DNA of 64,000 nt, taken from NCBI GenBank assembly GCA_964016885.1, contig OZ024740.1, positions 428,110,001 through 428,174,000 of the forward strand, written 5' to 3'. Origin of the DNA: Eledone cirrhosa. Lineage: Eukaryota. The notes below the pieces were generated by a model that ran no database searches, was not told the DNA's origin, and saw only the letters and a program-made list of their open reading frames with translations. This document shows, one piece after another, positions 54,601 to 64,000 of the stretch. Positions within the stretch are counted from its first letter, which is position 1. Every line of letters begins with the position of its first letter. The position numbers were made by a program, and so were the translations under genes.

Positions 54601-57600
54601 GACAGGAGATAGATAGATGGGTGACAGGAGAGAGATACATGGGACACAGGAGGTCGAGATACATGGGAGACAGGAGGTCGAGATACATGGGTGACAGGAG
54701 AGAGATACATGGGAGACAGGAGGTACAGATACATGGAAGACAGGAGGTAGAGATACATGGGAGACAGGAGAGAGATACATGGGTGACAGGAGAGAGATAC
54801 ATGGGAGACAGGAGGTAGAGATACATGGGAGACAGGAGGTAGAGATACATGGGAGACAGGAGAGAGATACATGGGTGACAGGAGAGAGATACAAGGGTGA
54901 CAGGAGAGAGATACATGGGAGACAGGAGGTAGAGATGCATGGGAGACAGGAGGTAGAGATGCATGGGAGAAAGGAGGTAGATATACATGGGAGACAGGAT
55001 GTAGTGATACATGGGAGACAGGAGGTAGAGATACATGGGTGACAGGAGGTAGAGATACATGGGAGACAGGAGGTAGAGATACATGGGAGACAAGAGAGAG
55101 AGATACATGGGTGACAGTAGGTAGAGATACATGGGAGACAGGAGAGAGATACATGGGAGACAGGAGGTTGAGATACATGGGAGACAGGAGAGAGATACAT
55201 GGGTGACAGGAGGGAGAGATACATGCGAGACAGGAGAGAGATACATGGGGGACAGGAGGTAGAGATACATGGGAGAGGGGAGAGAGACACATAGGTGACA
55301 GGAGAGAGATACATGGGAGACAGGAGGTAGAGATACATGGGAGACAGGAGGTAGAGATACATGGGAGACAGGAGGTAGAGATACATAGGAGACAGGAGAG
55401 AGATACATGATAGTCAGGAGGTAGAGATGCATGGGAGACAGGATGTAGAGATACATGGGAGACAGGAGAGAGAGATAGATGGGAGACAGGAGAGAGATAC
55501 ATGGGAGACAGGAGGTAGAGATACATGGGAAACAGGAGAGAGATACATAGGTGACAGGAGAGAGATACATGGGAGACAGGAGGTAGAGATACATGGAAGA
55601 GGGGAGGTAGAGATACATGGGAGACAGGAGAGTGATACATGGGAGACAGGAGGTAGAGATACATGGGAGACAGGAGGTAGAGATACATAGGAGACAGGAG
55701 TGAGATACATCGGAGACAGGAGGTAGAGATGCATGGGAGATAGGAGGTAGAGATACATGGGAGACAGGAGGTAGAGATACATGGGAGACAGGAGGTAGAG
55801 ATACATGGGAGACAAGAGAGAGAGATACATGGGTGACAGTAGGTAGAGATACATGGGAGACAGGAGAGAGATACATGGGAGACAGGAGGTTGAGATACAT
55901 GGGAGACAGGAGAGAGATACATGGGTGACAGGAGGGAGAGATACATGCGAGACAGGAGAGAGATACATGGGGGACAGAAGGTAGAGATACATGGGAGAGG
56001 GGAGAGAGACACATAGGTGACAGGAGAGAGATACATGGGAGACAGGAGGTAGAGATACATGGGAGACATGAGGTAGAGATACATGGGAGACAGGAGAGAG
56101 ATACATGGGAGACAGGAGGTAGAGATACATGGGAGACAGGAGAGAGATACATGGAGACAGGAGGTAGTGATACATGGGAGACAGGAGGTAGAGATACATG
56201 GGAGACAGGAGGTAGAGATACATAGGAGACAGGAGTGAGATACATGGGAGACAGGAGGTAGAGATGCATGGGAGACAGGAGGTAGAGATACATGGAGATA
56301 GGAGAGAGATACATGGGAGACAGGAGGTAGAGATACATTGGAGACAGGAGCTAGAGATACATGGGAGACAGGAGGTAGAGATTCATGGGAGACAGGAGAG
56401 AGATTCATGCGTTCCAGGAGAGAGATACATGGGAGACAGGAGGTAGAGATACATTGGAGACAGAAGGTAGAGCTACAGGGGAGACAGGAGGTAGAGATAC
56501 ATAGGAGACAGGAGAGAGATACATGGGTGACAGGAGAGAGATACATGGGAGACAGGAGGTAGAGATACATTGGAGACAGAAGGTAGAGCTACATGGGAGA
56601 CAGGAGGTAAAGATACATAGGAGACAGGAGAGAGATACATGGGTGTCAGAAGAGAGATACATGGGAGACAGAAGGTAGAGATACATTGAAGACAGGAGGT
56701 AGAGATACATGGGAGACAGGAGGTAGAGATACATGGGTGACAGTAGGTAGAGATACATGGTAGACAGGAGAGAGATAGATGGGAGACAGGCGGTAGAGAT
56801 ACATGGGTGACAGAAGGTAGAGATTCATGGGCGACAGGAGAGAGATAAATGGGAGACAGGAGGTAGAGATACATGGGAGACAGGTGAGAGATACATGGGT
56901 GACAGGAGAGAGATACATGGGAGACAGGAGGTAGAGATACATGGGAGACAGGAGGTAGAGATACATGGGTGACAGGAGAGTGATACATGGGAGACAGGAG
57001 GTAGAGATACATGGGAGACATGAGAGAGATACATGGGTGACAGGAGAGAGATACATGGGAGACAGGAGGTAGAGATACATGGGAGACAGGAGTGAGATAC
57101 ATGGCAGACAGAAGGTAGAGATACATGGGAGAAGGAGAGAGATACATGCGAGACAGGAGGTAGAGATTCATGGGAGACAGGAGGTAGAGATACATGGGAG
57201 ACAGGAGGTAGAGATACATGGGAGACAGGAGGAAGATATGCATGGGAGACAGGAGGTAGAGATTCATGGGAGATAGGAGAGAGATACATGGGAGACAGGA
57301 GGTAGAGATACATTGGAGACAGGAGCTAGAGATACATGGAAGACAGGAGGTAGAGATACATGGGAGACAGGAGATAGATAGATGGGTGACAGGAGAGAGA
57401 TACATGGGACACAGGAGGTCGAGATACATGGGAGACAGGAGGTCGAGATACATGGGTGACAGGAGAGAGATACATGGGAGACAGGAGGTACAGATACATG
57501 GAAGACAGGAGGTAGAGATACATGGGAGACAGGAGAGAGATACATGGGTGACAGGAGAGAGATACATGGGAGACAGGAGGTAGAGATACATGGGAGACAG

Positions 57601-60600
57601 GAGGTAGAGATACATGGGAGACAGGAGAGAGATACATGGGTGACAGGAGAGAGATACAAGGGTGACAGGAGAGAGATACATGGGAGACAGGAGGTAGAGA
57701 TGCATGGGAGACAGGAGGTAGAGATGCATGGGAGAACGGAGGTAGATATACATGGGAGACAGGATGTAGTGATACATGGGAGACAGGAGGTAGAGATACA
57801 TGGGTGACAGTAGGTAGAGATTCATGGGAGACAGGATAGAGATACATGGGTGACAGGAGAGAGATACATGGGAGACAGGAGGTAGAGATACATGGGAGAG
57901 GGGAGGTAGAGATACATGGGAGATAGGAGAGTGATACATGGGAGACAGGAGGTAGAGATACATGGGAGACAGGAGAGAGAGATACATGGGAGAGAGGGCA
58001 TAGAGTTACATGGGAGACAGAAGGCAGAGATACATGGGAGACAGCAGAGAGAGAGATACATAGGAGACAGGAGTGAGATACATGGGAGACAGGAGGTAGA
58101 GATGCATGGGAGACAGGAGGTAGAGATACATGGAGATAGGAGAGAGATACATGGGAGATAGGAGGTAGAGATACATTGGAGACAGGAGCTAGAGATACAT
58201 GGGAGACAGGAGGTAGAGATTCATGGGAGACAGGAGAGAGATTCATGCGTTCCAGGAGAGAGATACATGGGAGACAGGAGGTAGAGATACATTGGAGACA
58301 GAAGGTAGAGCTACAGGGGAGACAGGAGGTAGAGATACATAGGAGACAGGAGAGAGATACATGGGTGACAGGAGAGAGATACATGGAGACAGGAGGTAGA
58401 GATACATTGGAGACAAAAGGTAGAGCTTCATGGGAGACAGGAGGTAAAGATACATAGGAGACAGGAGAGAGATACATGGGTGTCAGGAGAGAGATACATG
58501 GGAGACAGAAGGTAGATATACATTGGAGACAGGAGGTAGAGATACATGGGAGAAAGGAGGTAGAGATACATGGGTGACAGTAGGTAGAGATACATGGTAG
58601 ACAGGAGAGAGATAGATGGGAGACAGGCGGTAGAGATACATGGGTGACATAAGGTAGAGATACATGGGCGACAGGAGAGAGATAAATGGGAGACAGGAGG
58701 TAGAGATACATGGGAGACAGGAGAGAGATACATGGGTGACAGGAGAGAGATACATGGGAGACAGGAGGTAGAGATACATGGGAGACAGGAGGTAGAGATA
58801 CATGGGTGACAGGAGAGTGATACATGGGAGACAGGAGGTAGAGATACATGGGAGACAGGAGAGAGATACATGGGTGACAGGAGAGAGATACATGGGAGAC
58901 AGGAGGTAGAGATACATGGGAGACAGGAGTGAGATACATGGCAGACAGAAGGTAGAGATACATGGGAGAAGGAGAGAGATACATGCGAGACAGGAGGTAG
59001 AGATTCATGGGAGACAGGAGGTAGAGATACATGGGAGACAGGAGGTAGAGATACATGGGAGACAGGAGGAAGATATGCATGGGAGACAGGAGGTAGAGAT
59101 TCATGGGAGATAGGAGAGAGATACATGGGAGACAGGAGGTAGAGATACATTGGAGACAGCAGCTAGAGATACATGGAAGACAGGAGGTAGAGATACATGG
59201 GAGACAGGAGATAGATAGATGGGTGACAGGAGAGAGATACATGGGACACAGGAGGTCGAGATACATGGGAGACAGGAGGTCGAGATACATGGGTGACAGG
59301 AGAGAGATACATGGGAGACAGGAGGTACAGATACATGGAAGACAGGAGGTAGAGATACATGGGAGACAGGAGAGAGATACATGGGTGACAGGAGGGAGAT
59401 ACATGGGAGACAGGAGGTAGAGATACATGGGAGACAGGAGGTAGAGATACATGGGAGACAGGAGAGAGATACATGGGTGACAGGAGAGAGATACAAGGGT
59501 GACAGGAGAGAGATACATGGGAGACAGGAGGTAGAGATGCATGGGAGACAGGAGGTAGAGATGCATGGGAGAACGGAGGTAGATATACATGGGAGACAGG
59601 ATGTAGTGATACATGGGAGACAGGAGGTAGAGATACATGGGTGACAGTAGGTAGAGATTCATGGGAGACAGGATAGAGATACATGGGTGACAGGAGAGAG
59701 ATACATGGGAGACAGGAGGTAGAGATACATGGGAGAGGGGAGGTAGAGATACATGGGAGATAGGAGAGTGATACATGGGAGACAGGAGGTAGAGATACAT
59801 GGGAGACAGGAGAGAGAGATACATGGGAGAGAGGGCATAGAGTTACATGGGAGACAGAAGGCAGAGATACATGGGAGACAGCAGAGAGAGAGATACATAG
59901 GAGACAGGAGTGAGATACATGGGAGACAGGAGGTAGAGATGCATGGGAGACAGGAGGTAGAGATACATGGAGATAGGAAAGAGATACATGGGAGATAGGA
60001 GGTAGAGATACATTGGAGACAGGAGCTAGAGATACATGGGAGACAGGAGGTAGAGATTCATGGGAGACAGGAGAGAGATTCATGCGTTCCAGGAGAGAGA
60101 TACATGGGAGACAGGAGGTAGAGATACATTGGAGACAGAAGGTAGAGCTACAGGGGAGACAGGAGGTAGAGATACATAGGAGACAGGAGAGAGATACATG
60201 GGTGACAGGAGAGAGATACATGGGAGACAGGAGGTAGAGATACATTGGAGACAAAAGGTAGAGCTTCATGGGAGACAGGAGGTAAAGATACATAGGAGAC
60301 AGGAGAGAGATACATGGGTGTCAGGAGAGAGATACATGGGAGACAGAAGGTAGATATACATTGGAGACAGGAGGTAGAGATACATGGGAGAAAGGAGGTA
60401 GAGATACATGGGTGACAGTAGGTAGAGATACATGGTAGACAGGAGAGAGATAGATGGGAGACAGGCGGTAGAGATACATGGGTGACATAAGGTAGAGATA
60501 CATGGGCGACAGGAGAGAGATAAATGGGAGACAGGAGGTAGAGATACATGGGAGACAGGAGAGAGATACATGGGTGACAGGAGAGAGATACATGGGAGAC

Positions 60601-61740
60601 AGGAGGTAGAGATACATGGGAGACAGGAGGTAGAGATACATGGGTGACAGGAGAGTGATACATGGGAGACAGGAGGTAGAGATACATGGGAGACAGGAGA
60701 GAGATACATGGGTGACAGGAGAGAGATACATGGGAGACAGGAGGTAGAGATACATGGGAGACAGGAGTGAGATACATGGCAGACAGAAGGTAGAGATACA
60801 TGGGAGAAGGAGAGAGATACATGCGAGACAGGAGGTAGAGATTCATGGGAGACAGGAGGTAGAGATACATGGGAGACAGGAGGTAGAGATACATGGGAGA
60901 CAGGAGGAAGATATGCATGGGAGACAGGAGGTAGAGATTCATGGGAGATAGGAGAGAGATACATGGGAGACAGGAGGTAGAGATACATTGGAGACAGGAG
61001 CTAGAGATACATGGAAGACAGGAGGTAGAGATACATGGGAGACAGGAGATAGATAGATGGGTGACAGGAGAGAGATACATGGGACACAGGAGGTCGAGAT
61101 ACATGGGAGACAGGAGGTCGAGATACATGGGTGACAGGAGAGAGATACATGGGAGACAGGAGGTACAGATACATGGAAGACAGGAGGTAGAGATACATGG
61201 GAGACAGGAGAGAGATACATGGGTGACAGGAGAGAGATACATGGGAGACAGGAGGTAGAGATACATGGGAGACAGGAGGTAGAGATACATGGGAGACAGG
61301 AGAGAGATACATGGGTGACAGGAGAGAGATACAAGGGTGACAGGAGAGAGATACATGGGAGACAGGAGCTAGAGATGCATGGGAGACAGGAGGTAGAGAT
61401 GCATGGGAGAAAGGAGGTAGATATACATGGGAGACAGGATGTAGTGATACATGGGAGACAGGAGGTAGAGATACATGGGTGACAGTAGGTAGAGATACAT
61501 GGGAGACAGGAGAGAGATACATGGGTGACAGGAGAGAGATACATGGGAGACAGGAGGTAGAGATACATGGGAGAGGGGAGGTAGAGATACATGGGAGATA
61601 GGAGAGTGATACATGGGAGACAGGAGGTAGAGATACATGGGAGACAGGAGAGAGAGATACATGGGAGAGAGGGCATAGAGTTACATGGGAGACAGAAGGC
61701 AGAGATACATGGGAGACAGCAGAGAGAGAGATACATGGGT
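51700..61740. repeat. ~1.84-kb higher-order repeat family within the satellite
   Basis: An identical ORF (MGDRSEIHGRQKVEIHGRRR...) starts at 52474, 54314, 57079, 58916, 60754 and 63715. Adjacent spacings include 1840, 1837 and 1838. Confidence 0.88.
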
Positions 61741-64000
61741 GACAGGAGAGAGATTCATGGGTGACAGGAGGTAGAGATGCATGGGAGACAGCAGAGAGAG
61801 ATACATGGGAGACAAGAGAGATATACATGGGAGACAGGAGTTAGAGATACATGGGAGACAGGAGATAGAGATACATGGGTGACAGGAGATAGAGATACAT
61901 AGGAGACAGGAGAGAGATACATGATAGTCAGGAGGTAGAGATGCATGGGAGACAGGATGTAGAGATACATGGGAGACAGGAGAGAGAGATAGATGGGAGA
62001 CAGGAGAGAGATACATGGGAGACAGGAGGTAGAGATACATGGGAGACAGGAGGTAGAGATACATAGGAGACAGGAGTGAGATACATCGGAGACAGGAGGT
62101 AGAGATGCATGGGAGATAGGAGGTAGAGATACATGGGAGACAGGAGGTAGAGATACATGGGAGACAGGAGGTAGAGATACATGGGAGACAAGAGAGAGAG
62201 ATACATGGGTGACAGTAGGTAGAGATACATGGAAGAGGGGAGGTAGAGATACATGGGAGACAGGAGAGTGATACATGGGAGACAGGAGGTAGAGATACAT
62301 GGGAGACAGGAGGTAGAGATACATAGGAGACAGGAGTGAGATACATCGGAGACAGGAGGTAGAGATGCATGGGAGATAGGAGGTAGAGATACATGGGAGA
62401 CAGGAGGTAGAGATACATGGGAGACAGGAGGTAGAGATACATGGGAGACAAGAGAGAGAGATACATGGGTGACAGTAGGTAGAGATACATGGGAGACAGG
62501 AGAGAGATACATGGGAGACAGGAGGTTGAGATACATGGGAGACAGGAGAGAGATACATGGGTGACAGGAGGGAGAGATACATGCGAGACAGGAGAGAGAT
62601 ACATGGGGGACAGGAGGTGGAGATACATGGGAGAGGGGAGAGAGACACATAGGTGACAGGAGAGAGATACATGGGAGACAGGAGGTAGAGATACATGGGA
62701 GACATGAGGTAGAGATACATGGGAGACAGGAGAGAGATACATGGGAGACAGGAGGTAGAGATACATGGGAGACAGGAGAGAGATACATGGAGACAGGAGG
62801 TAGTGATACATGGGAGACAGGAGGTAGAGATACATGGGAGACAGGAGGTAGAGATACATAGGAGACAGGAGTGAGATACATGGGAGACAGGAGGTAGAGA
62901 TGCATGGGAGACAGGAGGTAGAGATACATGGAGATAGGAGAGAGATACATGGGAGACAGGAGGTAGAGATACATTGGAGACAGGAGCTAGAGATACATGG
63001 GAGACAGGAGGTAGAGATTCATGGGAGACAGGAGAGAGATTCATGCGTTCCAGGAGAGAGATACATGGGAGACAGGAGGTAGAGATACATTGGAGACAGA
63101 AGGTAGAGCTACAGGGGAGACAGGAGGTAGAGATACATAGGAGACAGGAGAGAGATACATGGGTGACAGGAGAGAGATACATGGGAGACAGGAGGTAGAG
63201 ATACATTGGAGACAGAAGGTAGAGCTACATGGGAGACAGGAGGTAAAGATACATAGGAGACAGGAGAGAGATACATGGGTGTCAGGAGAGAGATACATGG
63301 GAGACAGAAGGTAGAGATACATTGGAGACAGGAGGTAGAGATACATGGGAGACAGGAGGTAGAGATACATGGGTGACAGTAGGTAGAGATACATGGTAGA
63401 CAGGAGAGAGATAGATGGGAGACAGGCGGTAGAGATACATGGGTGACAGAAGGTAGAGATACATGGGCGACAGGAGAGAGATAAATGGGAGACAGGAGGT
63501 AGAGATACATGGGAGACAGGAGAGAGATACATGGGTGACAGGAGAGAGATACATGGGAGACAGGAGGTAGAGATACATGGGAGACAGGAGGTAGAGATAC
63601 ATGGGTGACAGGAGAGTGATACATGGGAGACAGGAGGTAGAGATACATGGGAGACAGGAGAGAGATACATGGGTGACAGGGGAGAGATACATGGGAGACA
63701 GGAGGTAGAGATACATGGGAGACAGGAGTGAGATACATGGCAGACAGAAGGTAGAGATACATGGGAGAAGGAGAGAGATACATGCGAGACAGGAGGTAGA
63801 GATTCATGGGAGACAGGAGGTAGAGATACATGGGAGACAGGAGGTAGAGATACATGGGAGACAGGAGGAAGATATGCATGGGAGACAGGAGGTAGAGATT
63901 CATGGGAGATAGGAGAGAGATACATGGGAGACAGGAGGTAGAGATACATTGGAGACAGGAGCTAGAGATACATGGAAGACAGGAGGTAGAGATACATGGG

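Larger units (their letters stand above)
13921..64000. repeat. Satellite/minisatellite array over 50 kb, mainly 24- and 22-bp units, running off the window end
   Basis: Main units GAGATACATGGGAGACAGGAGGTA (24), GAGATACATGGGAGACAGGAGA (22) and the GGGTGAC variant, plus 18-, 20- and 26-bp (GA)n length variants. All units are in one orientation, with no inversion or TE insertion that I could see. Confidence 0.99.

Noticed and set aside
13862-63912. Plus-strand GRQEVEIH / RDTWETGG repeat peptides as a repetitive structural protein
   Set aside because: The ORFs are short and repeatedly shift into the TAG-containing frame; unit lengths of 22, 20 and 26 are not multiples of three.
13821-64000. Very long minus-strand ORFs (up to 1382 aa; MYLYLLSP / HVSLPPVS / CISTSCLP repeats)
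   Set aside because: The minus-strand consensus TACCTCCTGTCTCCCATGTATCTC has no stop in any frame, so all three frames are open by default. The 22-bp units shift frame constantly, showing no frame preservation.
13921-64000. CRISPR-like array
   Set aside because: There are no unique spacers and no cas genes, and the context is eukaryotic; this is a head-to-tail tandem repeat.

Overview
AT-rich, microsatellite-dense animal DNA; a cephalopod- or mollusc-like host is my inference from repeat style only. I can support no host gene. Bases 1-9.2 kb are a patchwork of microsatellites, a 77-bp minisatellite, decayed retroelement fragments (RTE-clade; a probable RNase H-bearing LINE), an 860-bp segment bounded by perfect 74-bp inverted repeats, and, at the window edge, the probable 3' half of a minimal hammerhead ribozyme. 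Bases 9229-12997 are a 5'-truncated Tx1/L1-clade non-LTR retrotransposon with an intact ORF2 (endonuclease, RT, zinc finger). It sits at a (TA)n/(TG)n junction with an 18-bp direct repeat on both sides. After an (ATG/GTG)n tract and a ~100-bp unique spacer carrying CCAAT- and TATA-like motifs, everything from ~13.92 kb to the window end is one strand-asymmetric 22/24-bp satellite (consensus GAGATACATGGGAGACAGGAGGTA). It has nested higher-order repeats of about 1.0, 1.84, 2.88, 3.05 and 6.6 kb, plus a block copied ~20.4 kb away. Nearly all other ORFs in the track are repeat artefacts.
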